Source: an uncultured Actinomycetes bacterium (lineage in GTDB: Bacteria; Actinomycetota; Actinomycetes; Streptosporangiales; Streptosporangiaceae). Taken from it: a DNA stretch of 64,000 nucleotides. Both the position numbers and the translations under genes were made by a program. Position 1 is the first letter of the stretch, and each line of letters starts with the position of its first letter. The stretch covers positions 27,400-91,399 of the forward strand of contig CAVYEG010000017.1 of NCBI GenBank assembly GCA_963767565.1. Direction: 5' to 3'. The notes under the pieces are model-generated. The model was not told where the DNA came from. It was given only the letters and a program-made list of their open reading frames with translations, and made no database searches. Shown here one piece after another: positions 35,511 to 44,839 of the stretch.

Positions 35511-37196
35511 CTAGGCCTCGATGACGACGGGGATGATCATGGGGCGGCGGCGGTAGTTGTCGCTGACCCATTTGCCGATGATGCGGCGGGCGAGCTGGCT
35601 GATCTGGTGGGCGTCGCTGATGCCGTCGGCGGCGGCTAGGCCCAGCGCTTCCTCGATCTTCGGGAGCACCTCGCCGAACGCGGCGTCGTCGATGCCTGCG
35701 CCGCGGGCCTGGATGGCGGGACCGGCCACCAGCTTGCCCGAGCTGGCGTCGACCACGATGACAACCGACACGAAGCCTTCGTCGCCCAGGATCCGGCGGT
35801 CCTTGAGCTGAGACTCGGTGACCTCGCCGACGGTGAGCCCGTCGACGTAGACGTACCCGCAGGGCACCGCGCCGGTCACGCTGGCCTGCCCGTCGATCAG
35901 GTCGACGACCACGCCGTCCTCGGCGATCACGATGTTGCCGTCGGGGACACCGGACAGCGAGGCCAGCCGGGCGTGGGCGCGCAGGTGCCGCCACTCGCCG
36001 TGCACCGGCATGAAGTTGCGCGGCCGGACCAGGTTGAGCACGTAGAGCAGCTCGCCCGCCGGGGCGTGGCCGGACACGTGCACCAGGGCCGAGCCCTTGT
36101 GCACGACGCGCGCGCCGAGCCGGGTCAGGCCGTTGATGACCCGGTAGACAGCGGTCTCGTTGCCCGGGATCAGCGACGAGGCCAGGATGACCGTGTCCCC
36201 GGCCGCGATCCGGATCGGGTGGTCACGGCCGGCCATCCGGGACAGCGCGGACATCGGCTCGCCCTGCGAGCCGGTGGAGATCAGTACCACGTCGCCGGGC
36301 GGCATCTCCTCAGCTTCGCGCAGGTCGACCAGGATGCCGCCGGGAACGTGAAGGTAGCCGAGGTCACGGGCGACGCCCATGTTCCGCACCATGGAGCGGC
36401 CGACGAAGGCGACCTTGCGCCGGTGCTTGACCGCCGCGTTGAGCACCTGCTGAACCCGGTGCACGTGCGAGGCGAAACAGGCCACGATGATGCGGTGCTC
36501 GGTATTCGCGAAGATCTCGTCGAGGACCGGCGCGATGTCGCGCTCCGAGGTCACCACGCCGGGGACTTCGGCGTTGGTGGAATCGGCCATCAGCAGGTCG
36601 ACGCCCTCGGTGCCGAGCCGGGCGAACCCGGCCAGGTCGGTGAGCCTGCCGTCCAGCGGCAGCTGGTCCATCTTGAAGTCGCCGGTGTGCAGCACGACGC
36701 CGGCCGGGGTGCGGATGGCGACGGCGAGCGCGTCGGGGATCGAGTGGTTGACGGCCAGGAACTCGCACTCGAACGGCCCGAACGAGATGCGGTCGCCCTC
36801 GGTGACCTCCACCGCGACGGGCTCCACCCGGTGCTCGGACAGCTTGCTGCGCATCAGGGCCAGCGTCAGCTTGGAGCCCACCAGCGGCAGGTCAGCCCGC
36901 TCCCGCAGCAGGTAGGGGACGGCGCCGATGTGGTCCTCGTGCGCGTGCGTAAGGACGACCGCTTCGACCTGGTCGAGCCGGCCGCGCAGGAAGCCGAAGT
37001 CGGGCAGGATCAGGTCCACGCCGGGCTGGTCGGGATCGGGGAACAGCACGCCGCAGTCGACGACGAGCAGGCGCCCGCGATACTCGAAGACGGTCATGTT
37101 CCGGCCGATCTCGCCGAGGCCGCCCAATGGGACTATGCGCAGGCCGTCGCGCGCGAGGGCGGGCGGCGGGGCGAGGTCGGGATGCGGGTGGCTCAC
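35511..37196 (-). CDS. rnj: Ribonuclease J
   Basis: LRIVPLGGLGEIGRNMTVFEY...VLTHAHEDHIGAVPYLL is a metallo-beta-lactamase/beta-CASP pattern. 561 aa, next to dapA as in other actinobacteria. Confidence 0.9.
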   Translation of the reverse strand: MSHPHPDLAPPPALARDGLRIVPLGGLGEIGRNMTVFEYRGRLLVVDCGVLFPDPDQPGVDLILPDFGFLRGRLDQVEAVVLTHAHEDHIGAVPYLLRERADLPLVGSKLTLALMRSKLSEHRVEPVAVEVTEGDRISFGPFECEFLAVNHSIPDALAVAIRTPAGVVLHTGDFKMDQLPLDGRLTDLAGFARLGTEGVDLLMADSTNAEVPGVVTSERDIAPVLDEIFANTEHRIIVACFASHVHRVQQVLNAAVKHRRKVAFVGRSMVRNMGVARDLGYLHVPGGILVDLREAEEMPPGDVVLISTGSQGEPMSALSRMAGRDHPIRIAAGDTVILASSLIPGNETAVYRVINGLTRLGARVVHKGSALVHVSGHAPAGELLYVLNLVRPRNFMPVHGEWRHLRAHARLASLSGVPDGNIVIAEDGVVVDLIDGQASVTGAVPCGYVYVDGLTVGEVTESQLKDRRILGDEGFVSVVIVVDASSGKLVAGPAIQARGAGIDDAAFGEVLPKIEEALGLAAADGISDAHQISQLARRIIGKWVSDNYRRRPMIIPVVIEA

Positions 37197-38101
37197 GCGG
37201 CCGACCCCGGCAGCTTTACGCCGCCAGCATCCAGATCCCGGGCCAGCTGGTGCCGTTCGGCCTCGGTGGCGGCGAGCAGCGGGGCACGCACCGCGCCGCC
37301 CGGCAGCCCGAGCAGGTCAAGCGCGGCCTTGGTCATGACCGCGCCCTGGTTACGGAACAGCCCGTCGTACACGGGGATCAGGTCGAAATGGATCTGCCGG
37401 GCCCGGCCGACGTCGCCGGCGCCAAACGCGTCGATCATTTCGTGCAGCCGGTCCCCCACCACGTGGCCGACCACGCTAACGAAACCGACCGCGCCGAGCG
37501 CGAGCCAGGGCAGGTTCAGCATGTCGGTGCCGCAGTAGTAGACGAAGTCGGTCTGGGCCAGCACGTGCGAGGTGGCGCCCGGGGTGTCCTTGGCGTCCTT
37601 GACGCCGATGATCCTGGGGTGGGCGGCCAGCCGGATCAGGGTCTCGCTGGCCACGGCCGCGCCGGTCCGGCCCGGGATGTCGTAGATGAGCATGGGCAGC
37701 CCGGTGGCGTCGGCTACCGCGGTGAAGTGGGCCTCCAGGGCCGGCTGCGGCGGCTTGTTGTAGTACGGGGTGACGACCAGCAGGCCATGGGCGCCGGCGC
37801 GCTCGGCGGCGCGAGCCAGCTCGATGGTGTGCGACGTGATGTTGGTGCCGACGCCCGCCACGACCTGGGCGCGCGAGCCGACCGCCTCGAGCACCACCCG
37901 GAGCAGGCGCTCCTTTTCCTCGTCGGTGGTGGTCGGCGCCTCCCCGGTGGTGCCGTTGATCACCAGGCCGTCGTTGCGCATAGCGGTGACCAGGTAGTCC
38001 GCGAGGCGGGCGGCCCCGTCGTAGTCGACGGCCCCGTCGGGGGTCATGGGAGTAATCATCGCCGTGATCATCTGGCCGAACGGCGCGCTACTTGTCGTCA
38101 T
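37193..38101 (-). CDS. dapA: 4-hydroxy-tetrahydrodipicolinate synthase
   Basis: ITAMITPMTPDGAVDYDGAARLADYLV...INGTTGEAPTTTDEEK...VTPYYNKP. Confidence 0.9.
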   Translation of the reverse strand: MTTSSAPFGQMITAMITPMTPDGAVDYDGAARLADYLVTAMRNDGLVINGTTGEAPTTTDEEKERLLRVVLEAVGSRAQVVAGVGTNITSHTIELARAAERAGAHGLLVVTPYYNKPPQPALEAHFTAVADATGLPMLIYDIPGRTGAAVASETLIRLAAHPRIIGVKDAKDTPGATSHVLAQTDFVYYCGTDMLNLPWLALGAVGFVSVVGHVVGDRLHEMIDAFGAGDVGRARQIHFDLIPVYDGLFRNQGAVMTKAALDLLGLPGGAVRAPLLAATEAERHQLARDLDAGGVKLPGSAA

Positions 38102-38209
38102 ACCCGAACGCTACCCGCAACCGGGTGCGCAAAGTAGGCGGCTTACCGTCCCGCCGGCGAGAAATCCCGCCACCGCCCGGCCCGGATGCCGGCCTGCCGC
38201 CGGCCCGGG

Positions 38210-39166
38210 TCAGCTCAGGGCCTGCAGGGTCTGGATGGCGACGCCGGGCTGGGGCGCGTTGCAGGTCGGGCAGCGCGCGCCCTGGCCGGGAATGTTGAGC
38301 CAGTAGCCAGCCACCATGGACCTGGTGGCCCGGATGGCGGCGGTCAGGTGCTGGCTGCTGACCGGCGCGCCGGGCGGGTTAGTGGACAGGCCCGCCAGCA
38401 CGGTGACCACTGGATTCGCGGCGCCGGCCTGGGCCGCCGCGGCCTTGACGAAGCCGGCATAGGTACCGGAATCCCGCTCCAGGCTCTGGGCCTGGAGCTC
38501 GATGACGTCGGCGACCCGGGCCAGGTTGCCGGCCAGGTTCAGGTCGAGGAACTGCTGCCAGCGCGGCTGGGTGCGGCCGGGCTGCAGGACGGTGGTGAGG
38601 TTGAGAGCCGGGGTGACGATCAGCCGCAGGCCATTAGCGTGAGCCACGGCCGCGGCCTGGGTAGCGGCCAGCACCGGATCACGCTGCTCGGCCACCGGGG
38701 TGAAACCCCAGGCTTCGGGGTCATACAGGACGCCCCAGGTGCCGGGCGGGACCTGCCCCGCGTTCACTGCGCTCTCAAGCGCGGCGGCCGAGGCGAAGGT
38801 CACCACGGACCGGGCGGCAAAGCCGGTGAGGGGCTGCTGGCCCGGCTGCAGGATCTCATACACCTGCGCGGCCTGCAGTTCAGCGCGGACGCTTGGGTCG
38901 GCCACCAGCTGGGCAAGCGCCGAACGGGTCAGCAGCCAGGTCGGATGGACATTAGCGGGCACGGTGACGTGGGCGGTACTGCCTGGCCGGCTGGTAACGG
39001 GCGCGGGCGAGGGGTGGCCGCCGGAGGGGGCCGTCGCCGAGCAGGCGGCCAGCAGACAGACGGCCACGGCCGCTACGACCGCTGTCACGGCGAGCGCGGC
39101 CGCCCCAGCTCCCCGGGCCGGGACAGGGATCTGAGCAGAATGCTGCGGACGGATGCCTGTCCTCAT
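38210..39166 (-). CDS. Secreted lipoprotein of unknown function
   Basis: Signal peptide with lipobox LLAAC, a Pro-rich linker, then a roughly 250-aa domain (GVLYDPEAWGFTPVAEQRDP...GLRLIVTPALNL...VIELQAQSLE). I cannot assign a family. Confidence 0.6.
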   Translation of the reverse strand: MRTGIRPQHSAQIPVPARGAGAAALAVTAVVAAVAVCLLAACSATAPSGGHPSPAPVTSRPGSTAHVTVPANVHPTWLLTRSALAQLVADPSVRAELQAAQVYEILQPGQQPLTGFAARSVVTFASAAALESAVNAGQVPPGTWGVLYDPEAWGFTPVAEQRDPVLAATQAAAVAHANGLRLIVTPALNLTTVLQPGRTQPRWQQFLDLNLAGNLARVADVIELQAQSLERDSGTYAGFVKAAAAQAGAANPVVTVLAGLSTNPPGAPVSSQHLTAAIRATRSMVAGYWLNIPGQGARCPTCNAPQPGVAIQTLQALS

Positions 39167-39183
39167 CTCCTCATTGTGAGCGG

Positions 39184-40623
39184 CTACGAGCCGATGCGGA
39201 TGTCGGCCGTCATGCCGTTCAGCGGCGCGATCTTCGGATCCTGGGTAATGGTGATGACCGCCTGATAGAAGGTGCCCGCCGAGGTGGACGTCGGATCGGG
39301 CAGGATCTCGCTGACGCGGCCAGGTACGGCGGTGATGTGGCCAGCCGGCACGCTGATCGTGACGCTACTGCCTTCGCTGATCCTGGAGATCGAGCCTTCC
39401 GGGATAAGCGCGACGATCTGCCAGCTGGCCGAGACCCGCAGCGTGACTACGGGCAGGGAGGTCTGGCTGGCCGAGGTCCGGTGGACCGTCTGCGGACCTT
39501 CGGGGAGCAGCGAGAACGCCGGGCCCTGGCTGGTCGTCGCCTGAGCCGAGTCGGTGACGTAGTTCCTGATTCCCGCCGAGGTGACGGTCTGGCCGGGCTG
39601 GCCGTTGGCGGCGATGACCTTCCCGCCCGACGGCGCGATGATCTCGGTTGCCGTCACCTTCGCCTGGTCGGTTTCGAGCTGGGCCTGGTCCAGCGCCAGC
39701 TGGGCCTTCTCGGCCGCCAGCTGCGCGTCGTCACCAGCGGCCGCGGCCGGGTCGGCGGCCACCGCCGCCCGCAACTGGGCCATCTTCGCCTGCTCGGCGG
39801 CGATGGCGGCGTGGTCGGCGGCCAGCACCGAGTAAACGCTGGGCGCGTACTCGGTGGCCAGCACCTGGTTTTTGTGCACCGCCTGACCCAGGCGGACGTA
39901 TACCTTGCCGATCTCGCCGGCGACGGCGAAGTTGAGGGTGACGATGCCGCTGCTGGTTACCGTGCCGGTGAACAGCTGCCGGTCATCCTGCATGACCCGC
40001 GGCACATACCACGCCACGGCGGCCACGCAGGCGGCGGCGATGACCAGCCCACCGACCCGCTGCGGCCAGGTCCGCTGGCGGCGAGTCCAGACCTGCTCCT
40101 GCCGGTGCCCGCGTAGCTGATGGGCGGGCTGCAGGGAGACGGATGCGGGCGCCGGGGACTGGCGCGACACTTGGCGGGAGGCAGTCGATGCGGGCGTGGC
40201 CAGGCTGTTGGCCTGGCCAGGTCGGGGCGGGGCCGGGTAGTCAGCCGGCTCGGCGTAGGGCCGCGGGACCGGGTTCTCGTAGGCCTGCCGGACCGGGTTC
40301 TCGTAGGCCTGCCGGACCGGGTTCTCGTAGGCCTGCCGGACCGGGTTCTCGTAGGCCTGCCGGACGGGGTTCTCATAGGCCTGCCGGACCGGGTTCTCGT
40401 AAGCCTGCCGGACCGGGTGGGCGGATGGCCTGGGGCGGGCCGGGTAGTGACCGGGGGCCTGATCGAGAGGCTGCTGGTCCGGGTAGCTGACCGGAGCCCG
40501 GGACTGGGGCCCCGCGGATGAGTAGTCCGCCACGGGCTGGTAGGACCGCCGCGGCTGGGACCACAGTTCCGATTGAGTGTCCGGTTTGTCCGTCACCCAG
40601 GAGTTCGCGTCCGGATTGCCCAT
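39184..40623 (-). CDS. HlyD-family membrane fusion/periplasmic adaptor-like protein with a Pro-rich repeat-containing cytoplasmic N-terminus
   Basis: A TM segment (VGGLVIAAACVAAVAWYV), a lipoyl-like hairpin (GIVTLNFAVAGEIGKVYVRLGQAVHKNQVLA), a coiled coil (AAEQAKMAQLRAA...LAAEKAQLALDQAQLETDQAKV), then IIAPSGGKVIA and beta-barrel C-terminal domains. Confidence 0.75.
   Translation of the reverse strand: MGNPDANSWVTDKPDTQSELWSQPRRSYQPVADYSSAGPQSRAPVSYPDQQPLDQAPGHYPARPRPSAHPVRQAYENPVRQAYENPVRQAYENPVRQAYENPVRQAYENPVRQAYENPVPRPYAEPADYPAPPRPGQANSLATPASTASRQVSRQSPAPASVSLQPAHQLRGHRQEQVWTRRQRTWPQRVGGLVIAAACVAAVAWYVPRVMQDDRQLFTGTVTSSGIVTLNFAVAGEIGKVYVRLGQAVHKNQVLATEYAPSVYSVLAADHAAIAAEQAKMAQLRAAVAADPAAAAGDDAQLAAEKAQLALDQAQLETDQAKVTATEIIAPSGGKVIAANGQPGQTVTSAGIRNYVTDSAQATTSQGPAFSLLPEGPQTVHRTSASQTSLPVVTLRVSASWQIVALIPEGSISRISEGSSVTISVPAGHITAVPGRVSEILPDPTSTSAGTFYQAVITITQDPKIAPLNGMTADIRIGS
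40267..40416 (-). repeat. 24-nt tandem repeat x6, in frame (NPVRQAYE)
   Basis: GACCGGGTTCTCGTAGGCCTGCCG units, four perfect and two with single substitutions. The protein reads PVRQAYEN x6. Confidence 0.9.
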
Positions 40624-40822
40624 CCCCGTCCCTTACCGATGCGCAGGCCTCGCATACATCGGTAACCGTACTTGTTACATCGGGTGAAGGTAGGTCATTT
40701 GGGACAGGTCGCCGCTGGCGGATCTGCCGAAACGCGCCCGCACCACGGGTCCCATGTGCCATTTTGGGTGAGTACGGCACGGTTCTAGCAGGCCTGGCTA
40801 GAGGGGAACCGACCCGGGTTCG

Positions 40823-42808
40823 ATGGATAATGCGCTCCTGCTCGCGACCATCGGCGCGTTCGCGGCCCTGATCGCGGCCTGCCTCCTTCCGGTGGGCGCG
40901 GACGGCACCGAAGACGGCGGTGACGGCCGCGGGCTCGTACTGATCCCGCGGCACACCAAGACGCCGACCTACCGGCCGCGGACCTGGATCTTTCTCGGCG
41001 TGGCGGCCGCCCTCGGGCTGCTGTTCCTGGGCTGGCAGCGGCCGTCGCCGCCGGCGGCCTACGCGGAACTGGTCCGGGCCGTGACGACCGCGATCACCAG
41101 GAATCCGGCCAGCGTCAACGGGTATATCGCCCGGCTGCGGCCGGCCACGGAGTTCTTCGCCGTGGCCTACATCATCGGCTTGGCCGTGGTCGCGCGGGCC
41201 AGCCTGACCCGGCGGCTGGCGATCCTGGCGCACTGCGTGCTCTACCTGGCGATCTCGGTGCTGCTGCAGGCGCTGCTCATCGTGGCCGGGATGGCGACCG
41301 GGTGGCTGATCGCCCCGTTCGGCATCGAGGCGACGCTGAGCAACCTGCTGGTCGGCGGGCTCGTGATCATGCGCCTGACGTTCACGACCTTCGTATTGCC
41401 ACGGGCCACCACCGTGGCCGCCGACCGGCCGCGGTGGGTGTGGGACAACATCCTGGCCTTCTGCTCGCTGGTCGCCGTGATAGCGCTGCTGGTCGTCGGC
41501 TACGCGTTCTTGGCCGAACCGGGCAACCTGACCTCGGCGTGGCAGGTGTTCGTGCCGCTGTACGCGGTGAGCATCCTGTTCGTGCTGCTCTCGGGGCCGT
41601 TGTGGCTGCTGTGGTGGACGAACAGGAAGCTGCCCGAGCCCGGGCCGGACCGGCCGCGGATCGACGTGATCGTCCCCGCGTACAACGAAGTGGAGAACAT
41701 CGCCCGGCTGCTGCGCTCGATCGACGTCGCGGCTGGCCGGTACGGCGGCCCGGTGAACGTGCTGGTGTCAAACGACGGGTCCACGGACGACACCGCGCAG
41801 GCCGCAGTGGCCGAGATCGCGGACTTCAGGTACGCGCGCGGGCGGGTCCTGACCGCGCCGAACGGGCGCCAGGCGGCCGCGCTCAACCGCGGGCTGGCCG
41901 TCACCGGTGCCGAGATCGTGGTCCGTATCGACGCCGACTGCGTCATGGGCCCGGATGCGCTGGTCTACGCCGCTCCGTGGTTTCGTGATCCGCGGATCGG
42001 CTGCGTGGGCGCCATGGAGGAACCCAGGACAGACACCGTCACCTGGTTCCACCGGCTGCGGACCCTGGAAGCCCTGTTCCAGTTCAGGTTCGTGCGCCTG
42101 GGCCAGAGCCTGGTCGACGGCATCATCGTCATCCCCGGGACCTTCACCGCGTTCCGGCGGGATCCGGCGGTGCGGGCCGGCGGCTTCCCGGTCGGCATGA
42201 ACGGCGAGGACGCCGACCTGACCATGCAGATCGGGCGACTCGGCTACCGGGTGGTAGTGGATCCGCGCATCCGCTCCTACGAGGACGTGCCCCGCAGCAT
42301 CGGCGAATTCGTCGAGCAGCGGACCCGGTGGGCCCGGGGCGGCATCCACGCCTACGCCAGGCACGTCCCGCTGCGCAGTGGCGGCGCCGGGCCGCGGGTG
42401 TGGCTGTGGACGATGCGGCGCGGGTTTTCCTGGTTCTCGTTGCAGGCGGGCCTGGTCGCCCCGATCTTCGTGCTCGAGCTGGTGCTCACGCATCCCAGCT
42501 ACCGGGAGAACATCTCCACGTTCCTGGTGCTATACGCCGTCGGCGGCGCGATCCCGCTGGCGGTCAGCCTGCCGCTGGCGGTGAAGCACAGATGCTGGCA
42601 GAGCATCTTGTGGATCCCGACCTGGTTCGCCTATGCGTTCCTGCGGCGGCTGGCCACGCTCGAAGCCGTCATCTCGCTGCCTGCCCGGCCGTTCCCCGCA
42701 GGCTCAAGGAGCCGGCGGACGACCCGGGGCGCGACCCCGGAGGACCGTCCGGCGGTGCCGGATCGGGCGGCCGGCGCACGCGCGCTGCCTGAACGCCATC
42801 ACGTCTGA
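40823..42808 (+). CDS. Family-2 glycosyltransferase, processive synthase type, with about 7 N-terminal and several C-terminal TM segments
   Basis: VIVPAYNE, SNDGSTDDT, RIDADC (DxD), NGEDADL (xED) and QRTRWARG (QxxRW). Hydrophobic blocks flank the catalytic domain. Confidence 0.8.
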   Translation: MDNALLLATIGAFAALIAACLLPVGADGTEDGGDGRGLVLIPRHTKTPTYRPRTWIFLGVAAALGLLFLGWQRPSPPAAYAELVRAVTTAITRNPASVNGYIARLRPATEFFAVAYIIGLAVVARASLTRRLAILAHCVLYLAISVLLQALLIVAGMATGWLIAPFGIEATLSNLLVGGLVIMRLTFTTFVLPRATTVAADRPRWVWDNILAFCSLVAVIALLVVGYAFLAEPGNLTSAWQVFVPLYAVSILFVLLSGPLWLLWWTNRKLPEPGPDRPRIDVIVPAYNEVENIARLLRSIDVAAGRYGGPVNVLVSNDGSTDDTAQAAVAEIADFRYARGRVLTAPNGRQAAALNRGLAVTGAEIVVRIDADCVMGPDALVYAAPWFRDPRIGCVGAMEEPRTDTVTWFHRLRTLEALFQFRFVRLGQSLVDGIIVIPGTFTAFRRDPAVRAGGFPVGMNGEDADLTMQIGRLGYRVVVDPRIRSYEDVPRSIGEFVEQRTRWARGGIHAYARHVPLRSGGAGPRVWLWTMRRGFSWFSLQAGLVAPIFVLELVLTHPSYRENISTFLVLYAVGGAIPLAVSLPLAVKHRCWQSILWIPTWFAYAFLRRLATLEAVISLPARPFPAGSRSRRTTRGATPEDRPAVPDRAAGARALPERHHV

Positions 42809-42831
42809 GTGCCGCCGCGGCCCCGGCCGGT

Positions 42832-43086
42832 TCAGGGCTGGCGGGCCAGCGCCTGCCGGAGCTCAGCTGCGGTGTCGGTGTCCAGCGTCGGGGCGGACTC
42901 CGGTTCCCCGGCCGACGCGGCCTCCGCGACCTCCGCGCTGGCCGGCGGCCGGGCGTGCCCGAGGCGGGTCGCCCACCAGCGGCCTGCCTGCGACTGCCAG
43001 ATATGCCAGGCCGGGTAGTCACGCTCGATACTCGACAGCTCATCTTCCATGTGGGTCCTTACCACGGTCGCGACCTGTCTGGTCAT
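42832..43086 (-). CDS. Small conserved actinobacterial hypothetical protein
   Basis: 84 aa. The motif DYPAWHIWQSQAGRWWATR recurs in small actinobacterial proteins (from memory). Clean ATG start and typical codon usage. Confidence 0.5.
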   Translation of the reverse strand: MTRQVATVVRTHMEDELSSIERDYPAWHIWQSQAGRWWATRLGHARPPASAEVAEAASAGEPESAPTLDTDTAAELRQALARQP

Positions 43087-43280
43087 TGGTCACGCTCCTG
43101 GTCCGTGATGATCTCGGCCATGTGCTGCCCGGGGCCGGCGGTGATGCAGTCAGGTGGGCGCGCACGGGCCAGCGCAGGGCTGGCCGACCCCCGTGCGGCC
43201 AGCCCTGACGCGGCCAGCCCGGTCGGGCGTGACCACCCTTTGAGTTGTGAGATGCCTGGGCGTTGAAGCCTTGACTTCGG

Positions 43281-44582
43281 TCAGCCGTCGCGGATGATCT
43301 GCGTCAGCTGGGCCGCCATCTCGGCCAGCGCCTGCTGCGGTTGCTTCTGCCTGGTCAGGGCCTGGTACACCGCGCTGGAGATAGCCAGGCTGGCCTGGTC
43401 GTAGTTGGCAATCGCCGGCCGGGGCTGCGCGGAGTTGATGGCCTGCTCCAGCACCGGCAGATAGGGATAGCTGCGGATCAGGCTCTTATCGGTGTAGAGC
43501 GAGGTCCAGACCGGCGGGAACGACCCCTGCTCGAGCATCTCCTTCTCGTTGGCCAGGTCGGTCATGTACTTGATGAAGCTCATCGCCGTCCGCTGGTGCT
43601 GGGAATAGGCGCTGATGGCGAGGTTCGCGCCGCCGAGCGAAGCGGAGCCGGGACCATCAGGGCCGGGCAGCGCTTCGAACCCGAACTCGCCGCGCACCTT
43701 GTTGGCCGGGCCGGCCGCCGACAGGGCCGCGTAGACGTCCGGCCAGTTGTCCAGGAAGAGGAACTTGCCTGCCTCGAATGCGGCCTGGGACGACTCCTCT
43801 TCATAGCTGAGCGCGACCTTGGGGATCCAGCCCTGCTGGAATCCGCTTACCAGGAACTGCAGTCCCTGCAGGGCCTGGGGCGAGTCCACGGTGATCTTGG
43901 TCCCTTCGCCGGAGAGGATCGACCCTCCGGCCGACTGGACGGCCGTGGCGAAGTTGACGGTGAGGCCCTCGTACGGGGCGAACGTGCCGGCGTACCCGTC
44001 CAAGCCGTACCTCGGGGCTACCGTCCGGGCCAGCCCGGCCAGCTGAGCCCAGGTCCTGGGCGGCTGCTTACCGGCCTTGGCCAGGATGTCCTTGCGGTAA
44101 TAGAGCAGGTCCGCGTTGCTGTAGTCGGGCACCGCGTAGAGCCGGCCCTGGTACATGGCGGTGGCCACGGCCGGTGAGAGGAAATCCTTCAGCTCGGGGA
44201 ACTGGTTCTCGGGCAGCGGGATGATCCAGCCGTTCGAGGCGAACTCCGCGGTCCAGATGACGTCCATGTCGATGACGTCGTACTCGTCGCTCTTGGCCTG
44301 GAGATTGGCCACCAGCTGAGCCAGCTGGTCGTTCGAGGCCTGCGGGAGCAGCAGCAGGGTGACCTTCTGGCTCGGATGCTCCTTGTTCCAGTCAGTGATT
44401 ACGCTCTGCAGCCAGCCGGGATTGTCCTTGCCGATGGCGAAGGTGATCGGGCCGATCCCGTTGGTCGACGGGGCCGACCCGTCCCGGGCTGGACTTCCCG
44501 ATGTGCAGCCGGCGATCAGGAAGAGGCCCGCAGCGACGGCCGCGATTCCGGGCATCGCACGCCGCATGCGGGTCACCGCCAA
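43281..44582 (-). CDS. Carbohydrate ABC transporter substrate-binding lipoprotein (orphan, no adjacent permeases)
   Basis: Signal peptide and lipobox FLIAGC, with a family-1 SBP pattern (VTLLLLPQ..., YAVPDYSNADLLYYRKD). Confidence 0.8.
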   Translation of the reverse strand: MAVTRMRRAMPGIAAVAAGLFLIAGCTSGSPARDGSAPSTNGIGPITFAIGKDNPGWLQSVITDWNKEHPSQKVTLLLLPQASNDQLAQLVANLQAKSDEYDVIDMDVIWTAEFASNGWIIPLPENQFPELKDFLSPAVATAMYQGRLYAVPDYSNADLLYYRKDILAKAGKQPPRTWAQLAGLARTVAPRYGLDGYAGTFAPYEGLTVNFATAVQSAGGSILSGEGTKITVDSPQALQGLQFLVSGFQQGWIPKVALSYEEESSQAAFEAGKFLFLDNWPDVYAALSAAGPANKVRGEFGFEALPGPDGPGSASLGGANLAISAYSQHQRTAMSFIKYMTDLANEKEMLEQGSFPPVWTSLYTDKSLIRSYPYLPVLEQAINSAQPRPAIANYDQASLAISSAVYQALTRQKQPQQALAEMAAQLTQIIRDG

Positions 44583-44606
44583 ACCAACGTCCGGTAGCTT
44601 CGTAGA

Positions 44607-44619
44607 TGCATGTTATGCA
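44607..44619. promoter_or_regulatory. Palindrome TGCAT-GTT-ATGCA about 25 nt upstream of the orphan SBP gene
   Basis: Indexed from ORF 44359..44829. Related in sequence to the palindrome at 44823. Confidence 0.35.
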
Positions 44620-44690
44620 CCGCCGTTAGGTATATGTCAACCGGATCGCATAACGAGTCAGACATGTTGCGCCCCCGCCCGCCGACGCGG

Positions 44691-44775
44691 GCGCACGCGG
44701 ACCTGCCGCGCACGCGGACCTGCCGCGCACGCGGACCTGCCGCGCACGCGGACCTGCCGCGCACGCGGCTGCCCA
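44691..44775. repeat. 17-nt tandem repeat (GCGCACGCGGACCTGCC), 4 full units plus 1 partial, non-coding
   Basis: Indexed from ORF 44359..44829. The period is not a multiple of 3. It lies in the divergent SBP/PadR intergenic region. Confidence 0.9.
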
Positions 44776-44822
44776 GATCAGCGGCGCGCGGCTGCCCAGA
44801 AGAGTTCTCCCGCGTTAGGTCT

Positions 44823-44839
44823 TACATAATTGTTATGTA
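44823..44839. promoter_or_regulatory. Palindrome TACATAA-TTG-TTATGTA about 52 nt upstream of the PadR gene; candidate PadR operator
   Basis: A 7-3-7 perfect inverted repeat containing ACAT/ATGT arms, as in known PadR boxes (ATGT-N8-ACAT type). Confidence 0.5.

Noticed and set aside
43087-43130. A 12-codon upstream ORF (MAEIITDQERDQ) overlapping, by ATGA, the start of the 84-aa hypothetical gene.
   Set aside because: It is too short to distinguish from chance, no Shine-Dalgarno sequence is evident, and conservation cannot be assessed.
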